DNA of 64,000 bases, taken from Halarcobacter sp. (GTDB lineage Bacteria > Campylobacterota > Campylobacteria > Campylobacterales > Arcobacteraceae). Positions 9,579 to 19,932 of this stretch are shown here, in pieces. The first letter of the stretch is position 1. The number at the start of each line of letters is the position of its first letter. The notes under the pieces were generated by a model. That model was given only the letters and a program-made list of their open reading frames with translations. It was not told the DNA's origin and searched no databases. The position numbers and the translations under genes were made by a program. The stretch spans positions 2,560,001 to 2,624,000 of the forward strand of contig OY781089.1 in assembly GCA_963676565.1 (NCBI GenBank), given 5' to 3'.

Positions 9579-10454
9579 TCTTTTAAGCTCTCTTTTTTTA
9601 TACCATTGTAGTAAAATATATGAGATTATAATTGCTGCAATGGTTCTAATTACTACAACCATAGTAAAATCAGCACCAAATATTACAAACAATAAAGTAT
9701 CTTCAATAACTGCGTGACAAATCATCAAAAAAGTACCTATATAGAAAATATCATCCTTAGAGATATTTCCACTTTCAACCTCTTTTATTAAAATTCCAGC
9801 TCCATAAGTAATACCTAAAATTATACCAACAGTAATAGAAAAACCTTTACTAACATTTTTTTGTGATTGTTTAATAAACTTTCTACTTTTTATGAAATCC
9901 ATCAAAAAAATCAATGCAGTTATTAAAATAATTACTGTGATACTTAATTCAATTGAATTTAAAATAGAACTTTGCAATAAATCACCAATACTTTCATATG
10001 TTTGTTTTTCAAACACAGAATCAGTTAAACTTGCACTAAAAAGTTTTGCAGGTAATAATGAAGTAAAAAAAGCAACTATAAAAGCACTAATTATCCTAAG
10101 GCTATATGAATAAAAATTACCTATTCCAATTTTTTTCATAATTACACCTTCTACAGGAAGTGCATGTGCAATACCTACAAAAACAGCTAAAATCGACCAC
10201 TGGTGAATAGTTAAATCCAATGGTGCAGCAAAAGCAACAGAAGCATAAACATTTAAAAACATTCCACTAATAATTGCAAGTGAAGTTTCAGGTGGCAAAC
10301 CAATTATTGAAGTAAATGGTTCTATTAAAAAACTAACATAGGATAAAGTATTATAGTAAAATAGTATATCTGCAATAATATAAATAGGTATGATTAGCTT
10401 TAAAACTATCCATGCACTTTTTATTGATGATTTGAAACTTTCTTTGTAATTCAT
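9558..10454 (-). CDS. Membrane protein, nucleoside-recognition (Gate) domain type
   Basis: Multiple TM helices; HALPVE and CHAVIEDTLLF motifs. Confidence 0.7.
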   Translation of the reverse strand: MNYKESFKSSIKSAWIVLKLIIPIYIIADILFYYNTLSYVSFLIEPFTSIIGLPPETSLAIISGMFLNVYASVAFAAPLDLTIHQWSILAVFVGIAHALPVEGVIMKKIGIGNFYSYSLRIISAFIVAFFTSLLPAKLFSASLTDSVFEKQTYESIGDLLQSSILNSIELSITVIILITALIFLMDFIKSRKFIKQSQKNVSKGFSITVGIILGITYGAGILIKEVESGNISKDDIFYIGTFLMICHAVIEDTLLFVIFGADFTMVVVIRTIAAIIISYILLQWYKKRELKRLDFRVI

Positions 10455-10457
10455 AAA

Positions 10458-11417
10458 TTAAGCTAAGCCATTTACAATATTTATTGGTTTTTTACCATCA
10501 AGAACTCTTTTTACATTTAGAGCAGCTTTTTGTCTCATCTCAAAATAAGCTTTATCACTATAAAAAGCAGAATGTGGATTAATCATAAATCTTCCATCAA
10601 GCCACTTTTCTTTTGCTTTCCAAGCATCTATCATTTTTCCACTTACTGGCGGTTCACTTGGAAGAACATCTAAACTAACACAATTTAAATGTCCAGATTT
10701 TAAAGGTTCATAAAAAACATCTAAATCTTTTACAATAGCACCACGTGCAGTATTTACAAGTGAACTTCCTGGTTTCATTTTAGAGATAAACTCTTCATCA
10801 ATCATTGCATTTGTCTCTTTATTTAAAGGAGCATTTATAGAGATAATATCGCAAGTTTCAAGTAATTCGTCAAGATTGTCAAATCTTTTTGCACCAAGCA
10901 TTTTTTCAGTTCCACTTGAAAGATATGGATCATAAAAATGTGTTTGAAATCTTAGGGCATTTGCTTTTAATAAAACACTTCCCCCTATTCTTCCTGCTCC
11001 AATAACACCAAGCTTATAATCGCTTGTTCTTTTGATATATTTTAATGTATTAGTTTGCCATGTTCCATCATCATACTCTCTACATTGATAATCATATCTA
11101 GTAATTCCACGGGCAATATTCATAATCATAGCAATTGATGTATCACTTACTTCATCTGTACCATAATCAGGTGTATTTGAAGCATAAATCCCTTTTGATT
11201 TAATATATTCCAAATCTTGAAACACATCATAACCTACACCGTATCTAACTAAAGCTTTTAGATTTGGTAGTTTATCAATAAATTCATTTGTAATTTTATG
11301 ATGCCAAACTAAAAGTACCTCTATACCCTCATGAAGTTCAGATGATAATTCATCCCCTAAAACATCTCTTTCAATATCAGGGTTTGTAACCTTATCTGTA
11401 ATATAAACTCTTTTCAT
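10458..11417 (-). CDS. D-isomer-specific 2-hydroxyacid dehydrogenase (CtBP-like)
   Basis: RYGVGYD, NTPDYG, GAGRIG, VNTARG, LDVLPSEP, PHSAFYS. Confidence 0.88.
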   Translation of the reverse strand: MKRVYITDKVTNPDIERDVLGDELSSELHEGIEVLLVWHHKITNEFIDKLPNLKALVRYGVGYDVFQDLEYIKSKGIYASNTPDYGTDEVSDTSIAMIMNIARGITRYDYQCREYDDGTWQTNTLKYIKRTSDYKLGVIGAGRIGGSVLLKANALRFQTHFYDPYLSSGTEKMLGAKRFDNLDELLETCDIISINAPLNKETNAMIDEEFISKMKPGSSLVNTARGAIVKDLDVFYEPLKSGHLNCVSLDVLPSEPPVSGKMIDAWKAKEKWLDGRFMINPHSAFYSDKAYFEMRQKAALNVKRVLDGKKPINIVNGLA

Positions 11418-11487
11418 AATATCTCCAAAATATCTATAAATATTAGCTTGATATTTTAGTTAAATATTGCAAAAAGTTAAGAATTTT

Positions 11488-12225
11488 TTACTCAATTATT
11501 CTTTTAGCTAGTTTTTCTATAACTTTCTTTTTTAGGATATGAATATCACTTTGCTTTACCCATAACAAGGCTTCTTTTTTATAATATTCTAAAATAAGAG
11601 GGTCAATAGATTCTTTTTTTTCATCCATTTTTTGTAAAAAATCTTTTAATTCTCCTTCATCAAAATCTTCAAATTTTTCTAACTTAAAATATAAAGCTTC
11701 TAAGAAATCATTATCGATAAAATCTTTACTTCTTTTTAAAAACTTTGTAGCTTCTGTTTCTAAAGCTTTTATATCATTCCATTTTCTTCCAGTTTTAAGC
11801 TGGTCAATTGCTACAGGTAAAAACACAGGAACTAGATCTAAAACTTGATTTAACTCACTAAAATCATTATCAACCATAGATCTAAAAAGCATTCTAGTTC
11901 TGTTTCTAATTTTTACTCTTAGATTATCATCTTTTATTACATCTTTATGAATTAACTGAAATCTTCTAAGAGCAGGTAATTTTGAGTGATTAAAAGCCAT
12001 AATAGAAACAAGTGGGGCACTATCAGCTATTTGCTCCTCCCTTGAGCCATTTGGTCTACAAAATGCCCAATAAAGCCTAGCTTCCATATCTTCATGATTT
12101 AGATATTTTTCATCCCCTAAGCTTTCAAAATCATCCTCATCTTTTAGTAGTTCTACTTCATCTTTATATGTTAAATTGAATAACTCTTCCAAAACGTTCA
12201 AACCTTTTAATATTTTTTTTCTCAC
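11488..12225 (-). CDS. Hypothetical protein (last gene of AAA+/VWA operon); start uncertain
   Basis: 245-aa ORF overlapping the VWA gene end; conserved-looking RLYWAFCRP motif. Confidence 0.7.
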   Translation of the reverse strand: MRKKILKGLNVLEELFNLTYKDEVELLKDEDDFESLGDEKYLNHEDMEARLYWAFCRPNGSREEQIADSAPLVSIMAFNHSKLPALRRFQLIHKDVIKDDNLRVKIRNRTRMLFRSMVDNDFSELNQVLDLVPVFLPVAIDQLKTGRKWNDIKALETEATKFLKRSKDFIDNDFLEALYFKLEKFEDFDEGELKDFLQKMDEKKESIDPLILEYYKKEALLWVKQSDIHILKKKVIEKLAKRIIE

Positions 12226-13384
12226 TTATTATAAATAGTGTCTTACAAACTAAACTTTCATACATCTCAAATTCACCATCAGTTAAAACCATAAGTAAGT
12301 TATCACTTCTGATATCACTTGATTTTTTTAAATATCTTAAAACTTCATCAAAATTTGTTCCACCATCACTTTTAGGGATAAAAAGTTCTTTTTCTATCAA
12401 GGGATTAAAGGAATCAAACTCGATTATATGCTCCTCTTTAACTTTTAAATCAAAAGGAAGAACCTTTACTTTATATTCATAGAAACCTTCACAAACATCT
12501 TTTACTACCCCTAGAAATTTTTTATATTCATCAAGGGTAACACTTGAACTACTATCAAGTGCTATAAAAACCTCAATCATCTCGTCACTTTTTTTATTCC
12601 CAGGTAAATACAATCCACTATGAACAAATTTTCTATTTGGCCTTGAGTAAGTTGATGTTTTTTCAAACAGTGATGAGATTAAATACTCTTTTAAAGTATC
12701 TTGTAGTGAAATTTCAGGTTTTATTAAAGTATCTATTTCAATTTGCATTCCCTGATACTCTTTTGAACTTTTTTTAGCTATTGAAAGTGCTTGTATTATG
12801 ATTCCATCTAATTTTTCTCTATCACCACTACTTGTATTTTCATCATTTACCTCTTCTATATCCATCTTTGATTCATCATAGATATAAGCTTTTAATTTAC
12901 CATCTTCTTTTGGTTTAGTTTTTATCTCATCATCTTTTTTTTCTTCTGAAGAGCTTTCATTTTTTTCTTCTTCTTTTCTAAGGATTTCATAGACCTCTTC
13001 AACACATTTATTTTCTAAGTCTAAATCTAATATCTCATCAGTTGGCATTTTCCCTATATTTGAGAAACTATATAAAACCAAATTTGTAACTAAATCACAA
13101 GCTTGATTCCAAAGTTTTTTCTCTCTTGTTCTTTGTCTAAAGGGGTGTTTTAAAACTATGTGTAAAAGTGTGTGGGCATAAAGATAAGTTATCTCATCAC
13201 TAGAATAACTTTGTAGTTTTTTTAAATCAATAAATATCTCTTTACCATTAGTTTGAAATGCACTATTACTATTATCTTTAAAACTAGTTGGAATTGATAA
13301 TGCTAATACAGAAAGAAAGGGATGGTTAAATAAAAAGTTAATCCTTATTTTCTGAAAAACTTCATCATATGATATACTCACCAT
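12164..13384 (-). CDS. DUF2201-type protein: metallopeptidase-like N-terminus plus VWA-like domain
   Basis: AFQTNG, AH..LHIVLKH, WNQACD..N; C-terminal MIDAS-like DSSSS, GGTNF, TDGE; likely start MVSIS at 13384. Confidence 0.8.
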   Translation of the reverse strand: MVSISYDEVFQKIRINFLFNHPFLSVLALSIPTSFKDNSNSAFQTNGKEIFIDLKKLQSYSSDEITYLYAHTLLHIVLKHPFRQRTREKKLWNQACDLVTNLVLYSFSNIGKMPTDEILDLDLENKCVEEVYEILRKEEEKNESSSEEKKDDEIKTKPKEDGKLKAYIYDESKMDIEEVNDENTSSGDREKLDGIIIQALSIAKKSSKEYQGMQIEIDTLIKPEISLQDTLKEYLISSLFEKTSTYSRPNRKFVHSGLYLPGNKKSDEMIEVFIALDSSSSVTLDEYKKFLGVVKDVCEGFYEYKVKVLPFDLKVKEEHIIEFDSFNPLIEKELFIPKSDGGTNFDEVLRYLKKSSDIRSDNLLMVLTDGEFEMYESLVCKTLFIISEKKNIKRFERFGRVIQFNI

Positions 13385-14372
13385 ACTGCTCCATCCAAGT
13401 ATCAAACTCTTCAAGTTCTGCTATATCTTCATCTTTGACTATTAAATCTTTAATAAGCATCACATTAAACTCAACTGGAAGATGATTTGCATATTTAAAT
13501 AAATTCTTTCCTTGAGAATTCCCTTTATATTTTTCAATTATTGCTGCACATAAAGCATATAAAGCACTAGGTTCGTCTGGAACAACATCACTTTCTCCTT
13601 CCAAGATAGCATCAATATCAGGTAACGTTTTATAAACTTTTACAAAAGAGATAAACTCAATGCCTGCACCATATCCAACAGTTCCGTAAACAACTGGATG
13701 AATACAATTTAGATCTTCATTCTTTTTTAAAATATTGGATAACATATTCCATGCTCTTGGTGTACAAAAAGCTGGATTTGTTTCAGTTGAACTTGGTACC
13801 TCATTACTTAATAAATCTGGACGAAAGCCTAAAAAACCTATAACAAAAGGATGTATCTCATTTTTGATTGCCCAAATTTTAAAATCATCATATTTAGCTT
13901 CCAAAACAATATGTACCATCCTATTAATAAGTGGACTTGGAAGTTTAAAAACAATACCTTTATCATCTATTTTATTTCCAGCACAAATGATTCTCCAACC
14001 CCTAGGCAGTGTGTACTCACCAATTTTCCTATCTAAAACCAACTGATAAATTGCAGCTTGAACTGAAAGTGGAGCTGAGTTTAACTCATCTAAAAAAAGT
14101 ATTCCTTCAGAATCTTCATTGGAGGGTAAAAAAATTGGTGGCATCCATTTTGTTTGATTATTAGATATTGTAGGAATTCCCCTTAAATCAACTGCATCAA
14201 GTTGAGAAAGTCTTACATCTATAAGCTTTAAATCATTTTGTTTTGCAATATCATTTACAATATATGATTTTCCAATTCCTGGACTACCATGGATAAATAA
14301 AGGTATATCTACATCTATTAAAACTTGGATTTGTTTATATAATTCAGTTGTTCCTATAGAAGGTGTAATCAT
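13365..14372 (-). CDS. MoxR-like AAA+ ATPase
   Basis: GSPGIGKS, DLRGIP, ILFLDELN, CAGN, TPRAW. Confidence 0.85.
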   Translation of the reverse strand: MITPSIGTTELYKQIQVLIDVDIPLFIHGSPGIGKSYIVNDIAKQNDLKLIDVRLSQLDAVDLRGIPTISNNQTKWMPPIFLPSNEDSEGILFLDELNSAPLSVQAAIYQLVLDRKIGEYTLPRGWRIICAGNKIDDKGIVFKLPSPLINRMVHIVLEAKYDDFKIWAIKNEIHPFVIGFLGFRPDLLSNEVPSSTETNPAFCTPRAWNMLSNILKKNEDLNCIHPVVYGTVGYGAGIEFISFVKVYKTLPDIDAILEGESDVVPDEPSALYALCAAIIEKYKGNSQGKNLFKYANHLPVEFNVMLIKDLIVKDEDIAELEEFDTWMEQYGEYII

Positions 14373-14380
14373 TATTTATC

Positions 14381-14569
14381 CTATGAAAGTTTTAGCTCTT
14401 TTAGTATCTCTTGTAAATCTTTATTTAAATCGGTGATTTTTTCTAGAACTTTATCTTTTTGCTCATTTGACATTGAAAATTTGCTATCAATATTTTCATA
14501 AATTTTTAAAGAGTCAGTAAAAATCTTTTGCATCAAATCTTGTTTTATTTTTTCTTCTAAAATACCCAT
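14381..14569 (-). CDS. Small helical hypothetical protein
   Basis: 62-aa ORF with AGGAG RBS in the same operon. Confidence 0.65.
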   Translation of the reverse strand: MGILEEKIKQDLMQKIFTDSLKIYENIDSKFSMSNEQKDKVLEKITDLNKDLQEILKELKLS

Positions 14570-14582
14570 AATATCTCCTTGA

Positions 14583-14965
14583 TTAAACTTTTTTTAGAAA
14601 GCTAGCTAAATCACTATCCATACTTATTAGATGTAAATCAAACCAATCTGGAAGCTTTTGTATATAGTAAGCTTTTAATAGTTGCTTACCAATAGAAGTG
14701 TTACTTTTTTCTAAAAAAAACTGCATCTCATGTAGTACTTTTTGATGTTCCTCTTTATGCTCTCTTGAAGTTGGATAATTAAATTGATCCATTTGTAATT
14801 CTTCATAAAAAAATGTCTTTTTGTATGTTCTATTAACTCTTTTGTTTTATTTATTATACTGCCAATTGAATTGCTGTCTGCACCATTATAAATCTGAACA
14901 AACTCTTTATGAATCTCATCCATTTCATTGTGTTTTAGAAGATGCTTATTATCTTTAAATTCCAT
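14583..14965 (-). pseudogene. Hemerythrin-family protein split by a 1-nt frameshift in a homopolymer
   Basis: The 5' ORF has MDEIHKEF..HTKRHF and the 3' ORF has HKEEH..WFDLHLISMD. Adding one T to the T7 run (plus A7, 14807-14813) restores HFFYEELQM (HFxxEExxM). Confidence 0.8.
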
Positions 14966-14994
14966 ATTTTTCTTACCATATTTTTAAAGCTTAT

Positions 14995-15012
14995 ATGCAA
15001 TAACTATACCCC
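14995..15012 (-). promoter_or_regulatory. sigma54 (-24/-12) promoter motif
   Basis: Minus strand GG-GG-TATAGTTATT-GC-AT, 32 bp from ATG 14965. Confidence 0.65.
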
Positions 15013-15179
15013 ATTGAAAAAACTCTTTTAAACAATGTTTTGTATAATGTATTTTTTAATAAGAGCAACTCGTTGCTCACTTTAGAATTTGCTTCTTTAA
15101 AAAGAGTTTATCTCTTTTGCTAAAAGAAGTGTAATATTTAGGTCCCTTTAAAAATAGGGATTATTTTTAAAGGAAATTT

Positions 15180-15878
15180 ATGCAATTTGAAAAACTTATA
15201 CATGGAAAACTAATAAAAAGATATAAAAGATTTTTAGCAGATATTATACTTGATGATGGAAGTGAAATAACTGCCCATGTTCCAAATAGTGGTGCAATGA
15301 CAAGTTGTATTGAAGAAAATTGTGATGTTTGGGTTACACACCATGATAATCCAAAAAGAAAACTAAAATATACCCTTGAACTTACTCGTATGGGTGATAA
15401 CTTAATCTGTACAAATACAGGTGTTGCAAATAAAATTGCAATCGAAGCAATTGAAAATGGCGTAATAACTGAATTACAAGATTATGATAATCTAAAACCA
15501 GAACAAAAATATGGAAATCAAAACAGTAGAATTGATATTTTATTGTGGAATAACAATAGTGATAAAAAATGTTTTGTTGAGATTAAAAGTGTAAGTTTAA
15601 ACCTTGGTGATACCTTAGCATTTCCAGATGCCAAGACAACTAGAGGTCAAAAACATTTAGAAGAGTTAAGAGATATGGTGCAAGAAGGTCATAGAGCAGT
15701 AATGCTTTATATAATCCAAAGAACAGATAATCTTCCTTTTAGAATAGCACATGAAATTGATAAAAAATATAATGAGATTTTTGAAGAGGTAATAAAACAA
15801 GGTGTGGAAGTTTTAGTTTATCAATCTGATATAAATCATGAAGAGATAAATGTAGTAAAAAAAGTAGAATTTAAGTAA
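15180..15878 (+). CDS. sfsA: DNA/RNA nuclease SfsA
   Basis: KRYKRFLAD, AHVPNSGAM, SRID, VEIKSV, FPDAKTTRGQKHL. Confidence 0.93.
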   Translation: MQFEKLIHGKLIKRYKRFLADIILDDGSEITAHVPNSGAMTSCIEENCDVWVTHHDNPKRKLKYTLELTRMGDNLICTNTGVANKIAIEAIENGVITELQDYDNLKPEQKYGNQNSRIDILLWNNNSDKKCFVEIKSVSLNLGDTLAFPDAKTTRGQKHLEELRDMVQEGHRAVMLYIIQRTDNLPFRIAHEIDKKYNEIFEEVIKQGVEVLVYQSDINHEEINVVKKVEFK

Positions 15879-15879
15879 A

Positions 15880-16167
15880 TTAACTTAACTCTACTCCACA
15901 ACTTTGGCACTCTTTTCTAAACCAACCTCGTCCAGGAAATTTACCACAACTTGGACACTTCCATAAAAAAATTGTGAACCCCATATATATTACAAATCCA
16001 GCTATTCCTGCTCTAAACCAAAAATCTTGATTTTGACCAAATATCTGTTCAATATCTTTTATAGCAATTACTATACTAGGTGTTAAAAGGATAAAAAATA
16101 TTCCCGCTGCAATTTTTGCATTTAATATCACTTTAGCAAATTCCTTTTTCACATCTTGATTTCTCAT
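15880..16167 (-). CDS. Small membrane protein with zinc-ribbon motifs
   Basis: Two TM helices then CPSCG..CQSCG; start MRNQD after AAGGA. Confidence 0.65.
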   Translation of the reverse strand: MRNQDVKKEFAKVILNAKIAAGIFFILLTPSIVIAIKDIEQIFGQNQDFWFRAGIAGFVIYMGFTIFLWKCPSCGKFPGRGWFRKECQSCGVELS

Positions 16168-16325
16168 TTTTGTCCTTAATAAAAATATTGAAAATAGTAT
16201 CAAGGAAAAGTAGCAATAACAAAACAAATGATATCAAAGTATAAGATTTTCTTAATATTTTTTATTAAAACTTGCTTAAGTTTCATAAGGTACAATTATA
16301 AAAAAATTATAAAGGTAAGTTATAC

Positions 16326-16526
16326 ATGAATAAATTTGACAAATTTAGAAATTTTTGTAGAAAGTTCAGAATTATTGTGGGAATAGTTTTAATTGGAATT
16401 GGTTTTTTTACAGGAATTGTATGGTTCTATTTAGGTATTATTCCATTAATTGCTGGAATTGTAGACTTCTGTCCAACATGTCTTATTTCAAAAAAATGTA
16501 CTCCTAAAAATTTACAGCAAAATTAA
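16326..16526 (+). CDS. DUF2892/YgaP-like small membrane protein
   Basis: RIIVG..GIIPLIAGIVDFCP motif. Confidence 0.75.
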   Translation: MNKFDKFRNFCRKFRIIVGIVLIGIGFFTGIVWFYLGIIPLIAGIVDFCPTCLISKKCTPKNLQQN

Positions 16527-16534
16527 TCTCAAGC

Positions 16535-17623
16535 TTAATTGCTTGAGATTTTATAAATATTGCCACTATCAGTTGAAATAAAAAGTTCACCATTTTTTGA
16601 CTCAACTATATTTCTAATTCTTTCACCTAATTTTTCCAAAAAGCGCTCTTCTTTAACTAATGATAAATCTTTACTAACTTCAACTTTATTTAGATGCCTT
16701 AATTTTAATGCAGTAGATAATATATCCCCTTTTAAAGATTTAAATAATTTTCCACTGTAAACAATAAGTGAACTTGGAGCAATTGATGGAATATAGACTT
16801 TTTTAGGTTGTTCCATACCTTTTTTATGTGTTCCTTCTCCAACAGCTAATGGAGCCCAATACTCTTTCCCATATGAGATAACTGGCCACCCATAATTTTT
16901 TCCTTTTTCAATTAAATTGATTTCATCACCACCTCTTGGCCCATGTTCAATACTCCATAAACGTTGAGTTTTTTTATCATAAAAAATCCCCTGAGGGTTT
17001 CTATGACCATAACTATAAATCTCTGGAAGTTTTCCTCTTTTTTTAACAAATGGATTATCACTAGGTACAGTCCCATCTAAATTTAGCCTAATAATACTAC
17101 CTGCATGATTAGCTAAATCTTGTGCATTTTCTCTAATACCTCTATCTCCTATAGAAAAAAACAAATGACCATTTTCATCAAAGGTGATTCTACTACCAAA
17201 ATGTACATTCTTATCTGTAGCAGATTTACTAATAAATAAATCTTTAAAATCTATAAGTTTTTTTCCATCAAATTTGGCACTTGCTAATGTTGTAACACCC
17301 TGATTATTTATAGATTTTGAATAGGTAAAATAAAAAGTTTTATCAGTCTTGAAATTTGGTGATTTTTTAACATCTAATAAACCACCTTGACCACGATTGT
17401 GAACATTGATTTTATCTATTAATGGTTTTAATTTTAAAGTGTTTAAATCTAAAAGCATTACTTCACCTGATTTTGTCGTAAGAATCATCTTTTCATCATC
17501 TATAAAATCTATTCCCCAAATTATTCCAAGATTTGTTTCTATTTTATTTATTTTAAATTTGTCATTGGCAAATAAATTTATAGATAAAAAAAGAGCTAAA
17601 ATAGTTTTTAATAGTAACTTCAT
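16535..17623 (-). CDS. PQQ-dependent sugar (glucose/sorbosone) dehydrogenase
   Basis: Signal peptide; GQGGLLD, HFGSRI, YGHRNPQG, EHGPRGGDEIN, NYGWP. Confidence 0.9.
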   Translation of the reverse strand: MKLLLKTILALFLSINLFANDKFKINKIETNLGIIWGIDFIDDEKMILTTKSGEVMLLDLNTLKLKPLIDKINVHNRGQGGLLDVKKSPNFKTDKTFYFTYSKSINNQGVTTLASAKFDGKKLIDFKDLFISKSATDKNVHFGSRITFDENGHLFFSIGDRGIRENAQDLANHAGSIIRLNLDGTVPSDNPFVKKRGKLPEIYSYGHRNPQGIFYDKKTQRLWSIEHGPRGGDEINLIEKGKNYGWPVISYGKEYWAPLAVGEGTHKKGMEQPKKVYIPSIAPSSLIVYSGKLFKSLKGDILSTALKLRHLNKVEVSKDLSLVKEERFLEKLGERIRNIVESKNGELFISTDSGNIYKISSN

Positions 17624-17724
17624 AATAAACTCCTTTATTTACAATAATTAATTTTATGATTAAAAAGTTAAATAAGTATTAAGTGAAAAAAAGTAAATTC
17701 AAAACTTCAAAAAAGGTAGCTTCT

Positions 17725-18429
17725 TTAAAAGCTACTCTCTTTTATCCATGATTTTATTAAATCAGATAATAATTTAGGAGTTTCTAAAGGAAGCATATGT
17801 GATGTACCCTCCCTTGATATTACTTCAATATTTGTATGTTCTTTTTTTATTTTTTTAAGGGATTTATGATTAATAAGTCTGTCATTTAATGAATAAAAAA
17901 ACTTTATTGGGATTTTTAAAGCAGTTAACTCTTCATAGATATCATTTCTTTTAAATGTACTTTCCATTTGTACATTATAAACATCTTTTCCCATAGAAGA
18001 GAACATATCTTGAACTAGAGAAATCAATTTTTCATCATTTTTATTTGATTCTTCTAATAAAGATTGTGTTTTTTTGTAAGATAAACCCTTAAAACCTAAA
18101 TTGTTCATTTGTTGTAAGGTAAGTTTCCTTTTCTCAATTTCATCTTGATTCATTGAACTTGGAGTCCCAGCAACAAGCATAAGCTTTTTTACTCTATTTG
18201 GAAATCTTGTGGCAAAATAACATGCTGTATAACCACCTAAAGAGAAACCCAAAAGATTAATCTTTTCATCTTCTATTTGTTTATTTAACTGTTCTACTGA
18301 CTCATCAAAATCAGAAGTATGGGGTAAAGGCAAATGTATTAATTCATAATCAGTTAATAAAGGTCTTAGTTTACTCCATAATCTTTCATCAGTCATTAGA
18401 CCAGGAAGTAAATATATTTTTTCTTTCAT
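17725..18429 (-). CDS. Alpha/beta hydrolase
   Basis: LPGL, GFSLGG nucleophile elbow, SHMLPLE. Confidence 0.85.
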   Translation of the reverse strand: MKEKIYLLPGLMTDERLWSKLRPLLTDYELIHLPLPHTSDFDESVEQLNKQIEDEKINLLGFSLGGYTACYFATRFPNRVKKLMLVAGTPSSMNQDEIEKRKLTLQQMNNLGFKGLSYKKTQSLLEESNKNDEKLISLVQDMFSSMGKDVYNVQMESTFKRNDIYEELTALKIPIKFFYSLNDRLINHKSLKKIKKEHTNIEVISREGTSHMLPLETPKLLSDLIKSWIKESSF

Positions 18430-18491
18430 TTTCTATCCAGTATATAATATTTTTTGTTTTAGTTTGTATCAAAATTTTTATTAAAACTTTA

Positions 18492-19232
18492 CTAACAAGT
18501 GATGTTATATTTTTCAACTAATGTTGAAATCTCTTTTCCTAGAAAGTTTAATTTTTCCATAGTAAGTCTTTCTTTACTGCCAGATATTCCAACTGATCCA
18601 ATTAATATATTTTCATGATTAAATAAAGGAACTGCAGTACAACACATGTTATCTTGGGATTCACTATAATCAATTGAATATCCATTTTTTTGAACATCTT
18701 CTAATGTGTCATTTAACTCATTTAAGTTTTTTATTGTGTTGTGTGTATATTGATTTAATTTCAAATTTTCTAAACTGTAGTTACCAAAGGCAAGTATTGA
18801 TTTACCCAAAGCACTAGTATGTAAAGGTGTTTGAAGTCCTATATTATTTCTAGTTTTAAGCTTTCTCGAACTATTATCAACTTGATTTAGATATAAAACT
18901 TTATTGTTATCAAAAATACCTAAATAAGCACACTCATTTGTTAGTTTTGATATATCTTCAAGAAGTGGTTTAGTTTTTTGAACAAGAAGTTGAATCTTTG
19001 TTTTTTTATTTTGTTCATTCTCTAAACTTTTGGGGATAATCTCATTTGACTCATCTAAATATTCAATATAATTTTCACTATTCAAAGTCTGTAAGATTCT
19101 TGACATAGTACTTTTATTTATATTCATTTTACTACAAAGTGTAGAAGCTTGAATAGGTTTTCCATAATTTACAATCTCTTTATAAACTTGTAAACCCTTA
19201 GAAAGAGATTTTAAAGAATCTGACATTTTCAC
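18492..19232 (-). CDS. IclR-family transcriptional regulator
   Basis: N-terminal HTH (KSTMSRILQTL), PLHTSALGKSILAF, IclR C-terminal domain. Confidence 0.9.
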   Translation of the reverse strand: MKMSDSLKSLSKGLQVYKEIVNYGKPIQASTLCSKMNINKSTMSRILQTLNSENYIEYLDESNEIIPKSLENEQNKKTKIQLLVQKTKPLLEDISKLTNECAYLGIFDNNKVLYLNQVDNSSRKLKTRNNIGLQTPLHTSALGKSILAFGNYSLENLKLNQYTHNTIKNLNELNDTLEDVQKNGYSIDYSESQDNMCCTAVPLFNHENILIGSVGISGSKERLTMEKLNFLGKEISTLVEKYNITC

Positions 19233-19236
19233 CCTT

Positions 19237-19268
19237 TATGCAAAACTAATAAAAATTAGTTTTGCATA
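19237..19268. terminator. Perfect inverted repeat (terminator or operator)
   Basis: TATGCAAAACTAAT-aaaa-ATTAGTTTTGCATA between the pfpI-like gene and iclR. Confidence 0.55.
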
Positions 19269-19272
19269 TTTT

Positions 19273-19833
19273 CTATAAAAGTTCGTTAAATTTTGCTAAC
19301 CAAGCTGGATGAGCAGGCCAAGCTGCTGCTGTAACTAAATGTCCATCAACATAAGCATCTTCAAATCCAACATCAATCCATGTTCCACCATTTGTATTAA
19401 TATCAGGCGCACACGCTGGATATGCTGAACAAGTTTTATCTTTTACAACACCTGCTGCAACTAAAACTTGTGCCCCATGGCAAACAGAAGCAATAGGTTT
19501 TTTCTCATCATCAAAATATTTTACAATTTCGATAACTCTTCCATTAAGTCTAATATACTCTGGTGCCCTACCCCCTGGAATCAATAAAGCATCATATTTT
19601 GTTTCATCAATTTCATCAAAAGAAGCATTTAATGTAAAATTGTGTCCTGGCTTTTCAGTATATGTCTGATCACCTTCAAAATCATGAATTGCAGTTTTTA
19701 TTTGTTCCCCTGCTTTTTTATCTGGACAAACAACATCTACATCATGACCTAACATTTTCAAACATTGAAAAGGCACCATCAATTCATAATCTTCAACAAA
19801 GTCACCAGCAATAATCAATATCTTTTTTGACAT
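19273..19833 (-). CDS. DJ-1/PfpI family protein
   Basis: [19 protein letters not shown] catalytic motif, AWPAHP. Confidence 0.92.
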   Translation of the reverse strand: MSKKILIIAGDFVEDYELMVPFQCLKMLGHDVDVVCPDKKAGEQIKTAIHDFEGDQTYTEKPGHNFTLNASFDEIDETKYDALLIPGGRAPEYIRLNGRVIEIVKYFDDEKKPIASVCHGAQVLVAAGVVKDKTCSAYPACAPDINTNGGTWIDVGFEDAYVDGHLVTAAAWPAHPAWLAKFNELL

Positions 19834-19932
19834 CTCACTCTCCTATAATTAGATTTAGTTAATCTTATAGAAAGTGAATTTAATATTAAACTTAGTGGAA
19901 AGATTAGTTTAAAGTAGTTTCAGCATGTGAAA

